Source of the DNA: a virus
Length of the DNA: 48,765 nucleotides
IMG/VR virus record: IMGVR_UViG_3300028842_000016
Coordinates: 1 to 48,765 of that record
Reading direction: 5' to 3' (one strand)
A program made the translations under genes and the position numbers. How positions within the stretch are numbered: the first letter of the stretch is position 1; each line of letters starts with the position of its first letter. Under the pieces are notes generated by a model. That model ran no database searches. It worked only from the letters and a program-made list of their open reading frames with translations, and was not told the origin of the DNA. Below, piece after piece: positions 28,449 through 36,374 of this stretch.

Positions 28449-30469
28449 GTCGTTTGTCCTTCATCGCTCTTCTCGTTCTGATTCCTTCGACATCACACTC
28501 AGCGCTCACTCACTTCTACATGTCAGACGGAGGTATTAAGGTTCCCCAAGACGACATTCCTCCGTCAACGACGAGCTACTTCTGGGATGGAACCAGCAAC
28601 GCCTATTTCACGGAATCAAAGAACGGGACGCTTGGGATTGAGTTGGTTATCGGAAATAACACAGCGGTGGACATTGGGAGCGTCAGCGTTTCTATGAGCG
28701 GGTTCACAGGATCAGGGGGAAGTATCTCATCGGTGGCCGTGTCGTCATCGAACGTGTGGGATTGGACCGGTAGACCGATTGAGCAATTTCTCGAACGGTG
28801 TCTGAAAATCGAGGGAATATCAATGCTGACGTATGAGCAGTACGATCAACAGCATCTTCCCGAGAAGTTTAGACTTCCGTGCACGATGACAGCTGGTCAA
28901 TGCTCCGCAAACGGTGGGACAGTATGGGCAGACCGCCCAGACCACGACAAATGCATTCCCGAGATCATGGTGCCTTACGAGTTTTACGGGTCGAGCTTCA
29001 CCGTGTACGCCTCAAGCTCTCAGTCGATCTGGTTCGACGTTTACATTGCAAAGACCCTCCCGGCAGGACAGTACACCGCCACGATCACCGTGAAAGAGAA
29101 CGGATCGACGGTAAAGACGATCACCGTTAATCTCACTGTCAGAAACTCCACATACCCTGACGTTCCAAATTACAAATACCTTTTGAATGTTGGACGGGAT
29201 GACATCACGGAACGGATGAACGGTGTACGGTTTCCTGCGAACTCGAATTTGGAACCGTACTACACGACACGGAAGCGTTTCCTCCAGATGGCTCACAGGC
29301 ATGGAACAACCCCGTTCGGAATCGACAATCTCGTTGGAGATGTCCCCTCACCAACGGACTCTGCTCGACTCTCTGGCGATCTGTACGCAAGCGCGACAGG
29401 ATACGGAATGGCTCGAGGAGAAAGCACGGGTGACACTGTCTATTCGATTGGAACATATGGGAGCCCGTGGCAGTCTGCGTGGTCGACGACGAACGCCACT
29501 GTGTTCTGCGCTCATGCCAGCGCTTGGGCAACGTATTTCAAAAACAATCACCCAGATGTTCGGGCATTTATCTACCTCGCCGACGAGACTCTCACGGGAG
29601 TCCCCGTGTGGTCAAACTGGCTGAGCACGGTAACGGCATGTCAGGTTTCCGGGTACAAAGTTAATGGGATGGTCACGTCAAACTGGACAAGCGTTCAGAC
29701 CGGCGCACCCTACGTCAACATGCCATTTTCAACAGGATGGATCGGGGTTTCATCTCCGACTTGGCAAGCAGCTGCAAATAATTATTTACAGGGGCTTACG
29801 CCGGGAACTACCACAGCTGGGTCCTATAACGGCAAGGCTCCTTGGAGCGGGACCATAGCGACCGAAGATGATGGAATTTCTCCGCTCGTAATCGCGTGGG
29901 GTGACGCAAAGATGGGCATACCAGTTCACCTCTATTGGGAATCAACCTACTACAACAATTATCAGGGTGGAATGGGAAACACACATCTATTTAGCGATGC
30001 CGCAACGTTCGGCGGAACGGGATCTTACGACGCTCAAAGAGGAAGGACCGGCTGGAATTACACTAACGGAGATGGGGTATTGATGTACCCCGGAACGGAT
30101 GCTGTTTATCCAGCTGAGAGCTATGGCGTTAATGCCCCATTCGCTTCTCGTCGATTAAAGATGACCAGAAAGAGCATCCAAGATTATGACCTTATTGTCA
30201 TGGCGCGAGCGGTGAACGCCGCTGCTACGAACGCAATCGTGGCTTCGATGGTTCCTCAGATTCTCTGGGAAAACCAGTGCTACGAGTTGACCCAGCACAC
30301 GGGAACCGACTGCACCTACTATCGCGGGCCTAGGTCATGGACAAACAACCCAGACAACTGGGAATACGCCCGGAACGCCATCGCCAACCTCATCCCCGCC
30401 GGGACCGTCGGCATAAACAACTATTTGACAGGCGATTTCAAACTAATCGGAGGCGGTACTTTCCGATGA
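28445..30469 (+). CDS. Secreted DUF4091-like glycoside hydrolase (candidate polysaccharide depolymerase), 674 aa
   Basis: TTG start overlapping the preceding TGA. Leader MSRLSFIALLVLIPSTSHS/ALT. C-terminal HLYWESTYY ... GWNYTNGDGVLMYPG ... ASRRLKMTRKSIQDYDLIV resembles the DUF4091 signature. Confidence 0.55.
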   Translation: MSRLSFIALLVLIPSTSHSALTHFYMSDGGIKVPQDDIPPSTTSYFWDGTSNAYFTESKNGTLGIELVIGNNTAVDIGSVSVSMSGFTGSGGSISSVAVSSSNVWDWTGRPIEQFLERCLKIEGISMLTYEQYDQQHLPEKFRLPCTMTAGQCSANGGTVWADRPDHDKCIPEIMVPYEFYGSSFTVYASSSQSIWFDVYIAKTLPAGQYTATITVKENGSTVKTITVNLTVRNSTYPDVPNYKYLLNVGRDDITERMNGVRFPANSNLEPYYTTRKRFLQMAHRHGTTPFGIDNLVGDVPSPTDSARLSGDLYASATGYGMARGESTGDTVYSIGTYGSPWQSAWSTTNATVFCAHASAWATYFKNNHPDVRAFIYLADETLTGVPVWSNWLSTVTACQVSGYKVNGMVTSNWTSVQTGAPYVNMPFSTGWIGVSSPTWQAAANNYLQGLTPGTTTAGSYNGKAPWSGTIATEDDGISPLVIAWGDAKMGIPVHLYWESTYYNNYQGGMGNTHLFSDAATFGGTGSYDAQRGRTGWNYTNGDGVLMYPGTDAVYPAESYGVNAPFASRRLKMTRKSIQDYDLIVMARAVNAAATNAIVASMVPQILWENQCYELTQHTGTDCTYYRGPRSWTNNPDNWEYARNAIANLIPAGTVGINNYLTGDFKLIGGGTFR

Positions 30470-30561
30470 ACGCTTATTACGGAATCGTCGCACTTCTTTG
30501 GATCGGGGCCATTGTTTGGCTCATTGGAAACATCACAGACAGGATGGAGCATAGGAAATGA
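30466..30561 (+). CDS. 31-aa single-pass membrane peptide (lysis-cassette candidate)
   Basis: ATGA overlap start. Sequence MNAYYGIVALLWIGAIVWLIGNITDRMEHRK. Confidence 0.35.
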   Translation: MNAYYGIVALLWIGAIVWLIGNITDRMEHRK

Positions 30562-30585
30562 GTGATAGAGAAGGGGGAATTTTTC

Positions 30586-30837
30586 ATGAATGATGAGCAC
30601 GATAAAAAGGGTAGAAGGATCATAGACCGTTGGCTTCCGGTGGCGGCCACTTTCGCCGGCATCGTCGGCGTTTTGATTGGGATGCTCTTCAGGATTGGCG
30701 GTGCTTACCAGGTTGTCCGGGATGATCACGACAAGGTCATCGCGATCCTCTCCTGGAAAGAAAAACAGGAAGAGTTTAACCGGGAGACGACGGTGGCGAT
30801 CGCACGGCTTCAAGAGATCACGAAGCGCATCCGGTAA
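30586..30837 (+). CDS. Single-pass membrane protein (83 aa), holin or spanin candidate
   Basis: TM segment WLPVAATFAGIVGVLIGMLF followed by a charged C-terminus. Purine-rich RBS before ATG 30586. The track ORF starts at GTG 30562. Confidence 0.45.
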   Translation: MNDEHDKKGRRIIDRWLPVAATFAGIVGVLIGMLFRIGGAYQVVRDDHDKVIAILSWKEKQEEFNRETTVAIARLQEITKRIR

Positions 30838-30849
30838 GGAGGCTCATAC

Positions 30850-31119
30850 GTGTCCGAACTTTTGCACCAAATGCGGCGAAAGACTGATCGAGTGGCCCGG
30901 AAGCCTGGGAAGCGATTGCCCGAATGCGTGCAAACAGGACGTCTCTGGTACGCGCGCCTTAAATGTCCCCGGTGCGGGTCCCTATGCGCAGGACAGCCTT
31001 GCGAAGGGAAATATCGGATCTTCTGTGAAACCCCAAAATGTGGATTCGTGACCTGCTCCAGCAAATGGGATGGACTTGGCGCGGCCGCCTCGGACCGCTC
31101 GGAGGGAGTCCCCAAATGA
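30850..31119 (+). CDS. Cys-rich zinc-ribbon-like protein (89 aa)
   Basis: AAGGAGG at 30836, then GTG 30850. Contains CPRCGSLCAGQPC and CETPKCGFVTC. Its stop overlaps the endolysin ATG. Confidence 0.4.
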   Translation: MSELLHQMRRKTDRVARKPGKRLPECVQTGRLWYARLKCPRCGSLCAGQPCEGKYRIFCETPKCGFVTCSSKWDGLGAAASDRSEGVPK

Positions 31120-31622
31120 TCGAAGACCGCAAGTTGTCGGAACATTTCAGTCTTTACGAACTGACGCACACGGATCACGCCGAATTTCTGGCTATGAACC
31201 GTCAGGTGACGGAGGATCAGATCGCCAAGCTCATTCAGGTGGCGAATCTCTATGAAGTCGTCCGGCTGATCACTGATTGCCCTTGGATCATTCCCAGCGC
31301 CTACCGTTGCCCTGCGCTCAATGCCGCCATAGGATCGACTCCGCGGAGCCAGCATCTTTTGTGTGAGGCCGGCGATGGCGTGCCCAAGGGCGGCCTGAGC
31401 GTCCCGGATGCGTTTAAACGGCTTCGCGCGGCCGCCAAGGATGGGAAGATCAAATTCGGGCAGATGATCTACGAGAAGGCCAACCGCAACTATTCCGGCG
31501 GCGTTGTGGAGTGGATCCACCTTTCGCTGGGGTTCCCGTACCGACAAATCGATCGCTGTGGACAGATCCTGACGATGGTGGATGGTTCCTACCAACTTCT
31601 CGAGACTGTGCCGCAAAAATAG
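31116..31622 (+). CDS. Endolysin, peptidase M15 family
   Basis: FSLYELTHTD ... SAYRCPALNAAIGSTPRSQHLLCEAGD ... EWIHLS matches the M15 zinc-peptidase H/D/H pattern. GGAGGGA RBS upstream. ATG 31116 lies inside track ORF 31038-31622. Confidence 0.8.
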   Translation: MIEDRKLSEHFSLYELTHTDHAEFLAMNRQVTEDQIAKLIQVANLYEVVRLITDCPWIIPSAYRCPALNAAIGSTPRSQHLLCEAGDGVPKGGLSVPDAFKRLRAAAKDGKIKFGQMIYEKANRNYSGGVVEWIHLSLGFPYRQIDRCGQILTMVDGSYQLLETVPQK

Positions 31623-31631
31623 GAGGCTTCT

Positions 31632-31991
31632 ATGATTGAAAAACTGTTCAGCATCTTGCCTGATTGGGCTCAAAACAAGCTGGCCATCCGTGCCGTTTAC
31701 ACAGCCGGATCATTCATCTCGGCCAGGGTCATTGCGTTTCTCACCGGCCCCACCCTGGATCACAGCTTCTCCGTGGTCATGATGGCCGCTTCTAAAATCG
31801 GTATCCCTTTGGTGATCAAGCTGAATGGCCCGGTCAACGAGCGGGTTCTCGAGACCTTCATCACCGGAACGCTGATGGTGAGCGCCGAGTGGTTGATTCA
31901 GAAATTCCACGAAAAACACGTCGTCCCCGTTGTTGCCCCGGTTGCCCAGCAAGCTGCACAGGCCGCCGTGGAGCCAGCGAAACCCGCATAA
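31632..31991 (+). CDS. Putative membrane protein (holin candidate), 119 aa
   Basis: AGGAGG RBS upstream. Two to three moderately hydrophobic segments. Position right after the endolysin. Confidence 0.4.
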   Translation: MIEKLFSILPDWAQNKLAIRAVYTAGSFISARVIAFLTGPTLDHSFSVVMMAASKIGIPLVIKLNGPVNERVLETFITGTLMVSAEWLIQKFHEKHVVPVVAPVAQQAAQAAVEPAKPA

Positions 31992-32002
31992 AGGAGCCTA
32001 AA

Positions 32003-32482
32003 ATGAAACTGCGCCTACCCGTCTGGATCATCGCCGCCGTGGCCATCATGGTCATGGGGCTTCTTCAATCAGCCCACGCCTGGAATCCGATCACGGATGT
32101 CCGGGACAATCTTCAGTGGACATTCGGAAAGAAAGCAGAAGCCGGTCTGGCCGTCAAATTGGCCGGGGCCGGGAACCTCGAAAGTGGAGACACCGCGACC
32201 AGTGCGCTGGCCGGCATCGCTGATTACCGCTTCCTGACGTTCTCCTATGGGGGGATTAAGGTCAATAACAACGACGCAAAGGTCACCGACACGTTCAAGG
32301 TCGGATTCCGGATCACGTCGTTCTTCGATCTGTTTAAGAACCCGCCGACTCAAGAGATGGCTTTTATGAGAAATTTGAACGTAGGGCCTGCGATCAGCTC
32401 TCCGATCATTTCAAGGTCTCATCCTGTGACCCTGTTCTTTGATGTGAATTACCAGTTCGGTTCGGGTGCGCCCGTCCAGTAA
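32003..32482 (+). CDS. Secreted beta-strand-rich protein (159 aa). Possibly a small outer-membrane barrel, as with lambda Lom, acting as a moron.
   Basis: AAGGAG RBS at 31991. Leader MKLRLPVWIIAAVAIMVMGLLQSAHA/WNP. Alternating hydrophobic stretches (YRFLTFSYGGIKV, TFKVGFRITSFF, VTLFFDVNYQFG). Last gene before the tRNA and integrase. Confidence 0.45.
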   Translation: MKLRLPVWIIAAVAIMVMGLLQSAHAWNPITDVRDNLQWTFGKKAEAGLAVKLAGAGNLESGDTATSALAGIADYRFLTFSYGGIKVNNNDAKVTDTFKVGFRITSFFDLFKNPPTQEMAFMRNLNVGPAISSPIISRSHPVTLFFDVNYQFGSGAPVQ

Positions 32483-32494
32483 TGTTGAGAATCT

Positions 32495-32524
32495 GGGCGG
32501 CGGTTGGTCCCCCTCCCGCCGCCC
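32495..32524 (+). terminator. GC-rich hairpin, probable terminator of the late/lysis transcript
   Basis: GGGCGGCGG-ttggtccccctc-CCGCCGCCC followed by TTGTTCTC. Lies 13 nt after the stop at 32482. Confidence 0.45.
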
Positions 32525-32770
32525 TTGTTCTCACTGAGGTATCTGACGATGTATGAAAACTGGGGTCACGGTTGGAATGCCACGCCGCCAAAGCCGCGGT
32601 CCAAACGGCTCCGACATAAACCTTTTGGTCTCGCTGGAATGCCTTCAATCACAGGTCGCGCGATGCGGTACCTGTCAACCAGGTCTACAATGGGACTCCG
32701 CGCCTTAAGGACATCCATCACGCCAAACCCCACGAACGTGCCCAGGAAGTTCAACGCCTGGTAAAAAGAA

Positions 32771-32853
32771 TGGCCCCGGTCGGACTCGAACCGACACACC
32801 CTTGCGGGCAATGGATTTTGAGTCCATCGCGTCTACCATTCCACCACGGGGCC
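32771..32853 (-). tRNA. tRNA-Leu (anticodon CAA), type II with a long variable arm
   Basis: Reverse complement is GGCCCCGTGGTGGAATGGTAGACGCGATGGACTCAAAATCCATTGCCCGCAAGGGTGTGTCGGTTCGAGTCCGACCGGGGCCA. It has a 7-bp acceptor stem, a CUCAAAA anticodon loop and GGTTCGAGTCC in the T-arm. No encoded CCA. Confidence 0.9.
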
Positions 32854-33074
32854 AAAAATTCAAGAAACAGTCCTCTATCTTCCCACCAAAACACTAAAAC
32901 GATTCGAATTATAGACTACGCCATTCAGATTTTGAGTCCTGTGTGCCCTCTTTTGATCTTCCGTCGTAAGCCATCGGATGTGCATATTTTCAGACGATGG
33001 ATACCGTCATCACCGCTCATCATCGAACATCATGAAACATCAAATAAATCCAAATCTATCCCACCATCTTCCCA

Positions 33075-34073
33075 CTAATGTGCCTTCGGGAACTTGATCA
33101 TTTTGTGCCGGTCTTTTAGTCGGCTCATCTCAAAATGCGCATAGGGGGCCATGGACTGCGGCGAGACGTGGCCGGTAAACCCCATGACTTCAAAAGTGGT
33201 TAGGCCGGACTGCAGGCCCTTTTTAACGAACGTGTGCCGCGCCATGTGCCAGGTGATGCCCTGACGCACTTTAGCCGCCTTCCTGAGGCGCCTGAACGCT
33301 CTATCAAGGGCGTAGCGGCCGTCCGGATCCCCGGCCCACTCCGGGAATAAGGGGCCCGCTGGCAGGGGTTTAGGGAGCAGCGCCAGGACCCGTTCATTCA
33401 GTGGCGCCGAAATGGGCTTTTTCCCCTTTGTCCGCTGGACGGCAATCATCCCATCCTCGATCTGGTCCCCGCGGAGCTGCCGGACGTTCTTCTGGCGGAG
33501 CCCCGTGGTGTAGGCCAGGCGCCAGGCAAGCTTGATGGGGCCTTTCGCGGCGCGATCGATGGCCATGATCTCGTCATCGGTGAGGAACTTTGGCTGTGGC
33601 GTATAACTGGGAAGCTCGATATGCTTGAAAGGCGTCTCCGCGAGAAAACCCTGATTGACGCACCAGGACAGCCAGGCGGCCAAATGCCGGAGATAGCTTC
33701 TAACCGTGGCGGGCCTCAGCTTCTTAATGATCTCGGTTCTGTAAAGAAGGATCGATTCTCGCGTGAGTTCTGAAAACATCTTTTTGTCGGCGAGATAGGT
33801 GATCTTGATGGTCCGGAAGTGCTTCGTGTAGGGAAGCTGATCGTTTCTTTCCAACTCTTCGATGAACTGGTCAATGGCTTCATGGACGGAGCGGCGCGGA
33901 TCCACCATGCCCAGATCCTGAAGCTCCAGCTCTCTCAACCACTTCTTTTTAAGCTCGTTCGCCAGAGACTTTGTGCTGCACGATTTTGAAGGGAGGCTTC
34001 TTCCGGACGAATGCCGGCGCCGGACCAAGAACTTCCCGGAAGGCTTGTCTTCTATCCAGACATTCCAGGCCAT
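33075..34073 (-). CDS. int: Tyrosine recombinase / phage integrase
   Basis: C-terminal TGLRQKNVRQL ... WHMARHTFVKKGL ... GFTGHVSPQSMAPYAHF carries the R..HxxR..Y catalytic pattern. The ATG at 34073 overlaps the upstream stop (TGATG). The track ORF extends to 34178. Confidence 0.9.
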   Translation of the reverse strand: MAWNVWIEDKPSGKFLVRRRHSSGRSLPSKSCSTKSLANELKKKWLRELELQDLGMVDPRRSVHEAIDQFIEELERNDQLPYTKHFRTIKITYLADKKMFSELTRESILLYRTEIIKKLRPATVRSYLRHLAAWLSWCVNQGFLAETPFKHIELPSYTPQPKFLTDDEIMAIDRAAKGPIKLAWRLAYTTGLRQKNVRQLRGDQIEDGMIAVQRTKGKKPISAPLNERVLALLPKPLPAGPLFPEWAGDPDGRYALDRAFRRLRKAAKVRQGITWHMARHTFVKKGLQSGLTTFEVMGFTGHVSPQSMAPYAHFEMSRLKDRHKMIKFPKAH

Positions 34074-34405
34074 CAGTTGAACCGGTACTGTTTGGGCGCT
34101 GTGTCCGCAAAGATCCGGGCATTGGCGATCTTCTGCAGGCGTTCCTTTTCGGCTTTCTCTTTTGTCCAGAGATCCCATAGATCGTAGGGGTTGGCATACT
34201 CACCATTGAGGAAATGAGTCGTGGTCTTCCAATTCCCGACGAATCGCTGAATAGATTGCCAGGATCCCCAGTCGGACACTTCAACGGAATGCCACAAGAC
34301 CCCGTTTTCGGTCCATTCTTTATAGGTTGGGAAACGCTTGCAGTGCGAGACTGCTGCCAGGTAATAATCAGAGCGGGATTGTGAGAATTGAATGCGGATC
34401 TTCAT
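34073..34405 (-). CDS. Hypothetical Trp-rich protein (110 aa), translationally coupled to int
   Basis: Its stop shares one base with the integrase ATG, and its start overlaps the upstream stop. Confidence 0.55.
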   Translation of the reverse strand: MKIRIQFSQSRSDYYLAAVSHCKRFPTYKEWTENGVLWHSVEVSDWGSWQSIQRFVGNWKTTTHFLNGEYANPYDLWDLWTKEKAEKERLQKIANARIFADTAPKQYRFN

Positions 34406-34782
34406 TGTTTTGAAAAATATTTACGGGTGTACTCGTCACGTTCCATCATGAGGTAGTCTCGGCAATTGTTGAACATATAAGTGAGGGATTTCTTTGATTT
34501 TTCACCGCTAGACCGCATTCTCTCCCGTTCCTTCTCGCATTTCGCATCAACATCGTCGATGGGAGCATAATGCACTTCCCAGTCGGAGCATGCCTGACAT
34601 CCTTGACGCAGTTCCTCGTATGTATACCGCGGCATTATCTCGGAATGTTTTTCGGTCACCCATTTCGGGTATGGCGTCAGCGCGCCTTCTACATGCCAGG
34701 TCGACCACGAGACGCGCACCGCCTCTGCTGAAACGAGGCTGTTCAGAAAAAGAATAAAAAGCGCAACGAGTAGATTTCTCAT
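34402..34782 (-). CDS. Secreted Cys-containing protein (126 aa), lysogeny-operon moron candidate
   Basis: Leader MRNLLVALFILFLNSLVSAEA/VRV. First gene of the int operon. Confidence 0.55.
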   Translation of the reverse strand: MRNLLVALFILFLNSLVSAEAVRVSWSTWHVEGALTPYPKWVTEKHSEIMPRYTYEELRQGCQACSDWEVHYAPIDDVDAKCEKERERMRSSGEKSKKSLTYMFNNCRDYLMMERDEYTRKYFSKQ

Positions 34783-35066
34783 ATTCACTGTCACTGAAAC
34801 TTAACAAAAGTTATTGAACTTTAGCCCCATTGCAGGGAACGGCGCTCTGCTACATACTGTTTAAGTCAAACTTTTTCTGGAGGGGAAAAGTTATTTTCGG
34901 GTCAGCCATCCATCATGAGAACCGGAGTCCAGGTGGCCGTTCGCGCTGCTCCTTCCCCTCTTCCATCGTTAAATCTAATCCCTGCTCACAAGGAAATAAA
35001 TGAACCCCCAACTATTGGAAATGGAGCCCATTGAAGCCGATGCCACCCTTAAATCGGGCGAACAGA

Positions 35067-35342
35067 TTACGCTGATTTTTCGTGACCCGGAGGCAGTTCG
35101 CGCTTTCGCTTTGGGTCTGCTTTCGAAAGTCGAACGTCTCCGAGGATCGGCTCTTCAGCTCGTCTAGGAACATTCCTCCGCACCAGGTTCCCCTGGGCAT
35201 AGTCCCAAAGGATCTGTTCACAATAAGCATTCAACGACGCAGTACGAATCTGCCCCGCGTTCTCTAGTTCTCTCACCTTCGCCACAGCGGCGTAAATACG
35301 ACGATCAACCATTACCCGAGTGAACGGGTTTTTCCGCGCCAT
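35067..35342 (-). CDS. Putative ribbon-helix-helix (Arc/MetJ-like) regulator, candidate lysogeny repressor
   Basis: GGAGGA RBS 5 nt before the ATG. N-terminal MARKNPFTRVMVDRRIYAAVAKVRELE fits a beta-strand followed by a helix. Divergent from the early operon. Confidence 0.45.
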   Translation of the reverse strand: MARKNPFTRVMVDRRIYAAVAKVRELENAGQIRTASLNAYCEQILWDYAQGNLVRRNVPRRAEEPILGDVRLSKADPKRKRELPPGHEKSA

Positions 35343-35365
35343 GAGATCCTCCAATAAAAAAATAC

Positions 35366-35395
35366 TTGACAAGGTGAGCATACTTGGGGCATACT
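35366..35395 (+). promoter_or_regulatory. Sigma-70-like early promoter (TTGACA, 18-nt spacer, CATACT) overlapping the GTGAGCATAC-N5-GCATAC motif (35374-35394)
   Basis: Perfect -35 hexamer and a 4/6 match at -10. Located in the divergent gap between the RHH-like and XRE-like genes. Confidence 0.45.
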
Positions 35396-35641
35396 GTGGT
35401 CAGACAGGACGCTCACCGTCGAGACATCAACCAGCTCAACGGTAACAAACGGAGTTTAGACATGCAAACGGCGAGATACCAATATGAACAACCATCAGGA
35501 ACCCTGGCGGGCTAACCGCGAGGGATCTTCTTTTTGTGGCGGTCTCGCCACGCCTTACCCTCGGTTATACCTGGGGTCTGGCGTCACCCGTAAAGCCGGG
35601 TGGGCCGCCACCTCTTTTTTCTTTCGCATAGAGGTTACCCA

Positions 35642-36013
35642 ATGATCCTCTCCGCGAATAGCCCCAAAAATCCCGAAACTTCCAAAGTACCCACAGCCCA
35701 AAAAACACGGGGCGCCAGCTTTTCTGTCGGACAAACACGAGCGAGATACAAGGGGGGGCGTAAATTGCTTTATGCAGAAAGGTTCCGAATTTGGCGAGAG
35801 GTTCAGGATTTTTCCCGGAGCAAGATCGCAGAACGGCTCCAACAAACGGCGCGCGCGGATGGGATCCACATTAAGGTGGAGTATCTGCAGGATCGCCTTG
35901 AAGAGTTTGAAAACGGCCGCCACAAGCCGCCGACATGGCTGGTCCTTCTGATTCTCCAAGCCTACGACATCACCCTGCCATGGAATGAGTTCTTCGACGG
36001 AGTAATCCAATGA
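35642..36013 (+). CDS. XRE/Cro-type helix-turn-helix regulator (123 aa)
   Basis: FSRSKIAERLQQTARADGIHIKVEYLQDRLEEFENGRHKPPTWLVLLILQAY resembles an XRE HTH. First gene of the rightward early operon. The track ORF starts at GTG 35600. Confidence 0.55.
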   Translation: MILSANSPKNPETSKVPTAQKTRGASFSVGQTRARYKGGRKLLYAERFRIWREVQDFSRSKIAERLQQTARADGIHIKVEYLQDRLEEFENGRHKPPTWLVLLILQAYDITLPWNEFFDGVIQ

Positions 36014-36240
36014 GTGGGCTTCCCCCCTTCATCACCAAAAAGCAACTGACGCAGTGGATGGGGTGGTCGTCATCGACCATCGAACGAAAAGTCCGCACCC
36101 AGTGCTTCCCCATTTACCGCTTTGGCCCCAATAACGTCCGCTTCAGGCCGGAAGAGATTCTCCACTATGCGGAAGGATGCAAAGAAGGGTCATTTGAGCG
36201 GAACGGAACACCGAAAGTCGTACTTGAGGAGGTCCTTTGA
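36010..36240 (+). CDS. AlpA/excisionase-type HTH protein (76 aa)
   Basis: ITKKQLTQWMGWSSSTIERKVRTQCFPIYRFGPNNVRFRPEEI fits the HTH_17/AlpA pattern. Confidence 0.6.
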   Translation: MSGLPPFITKKQLTQWMGWSSSTIERKVRTQCFPIYRFGPNNVRFRPEEILHYAEGCKEGSFERNGTPKVVLEEVL

Positions 36241-36374
36241 TGCTATCCGACAACCCGTATTACTGCGAAGACGACCGGAAGTGGCTGACCTTGGAGGAAT
36301 CCATTATCCACGCCGCTGAAGGTCACCAGATCACGGAGATGCAGATGCCAAAAAAAGACCGGAGGGCCGCATGA
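36240..36374 (+). CDS. Tiny ORF (44 aa)
   Basis: ATG overlaps the preceding TGA. Part of an overlap-coupled chain of ORFs. Confidence 0.35.
   Translation: MLSDNPYYCEDDRKWLTLEESIIHAAEGHQITEMQMPKKDRRAA

Noticed and set aside
30810-31673. 287-aa minus-strand ORF across the zinc-ribbon and endolysin genes
   Set aside because: It is antisense to the clearly recognisable M15 peptidase and has no supporting motif.
32504-32811. ORFs of 86 aa (plus) and 81 aa (minus) between the late terminator and the tRNA
   Set aside because: The minus ORF starts inside the tRNA-Leu gene. Neither has an RBS. The region is better explained as tRNA plus attP-type non-coding DNA.
35000-35167. 55-codon plus-strand ORF (MNPQLLEMEPIEADATL...) with a weak AAGGA site
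   Set aside because: It runs against the lysogeny-module direction and overlaps the 3' end of the RHH-like gene by about 100 nt. I cannot tell it from chance. It would be worth a look only if antisense regulation of the repressor is suspected.
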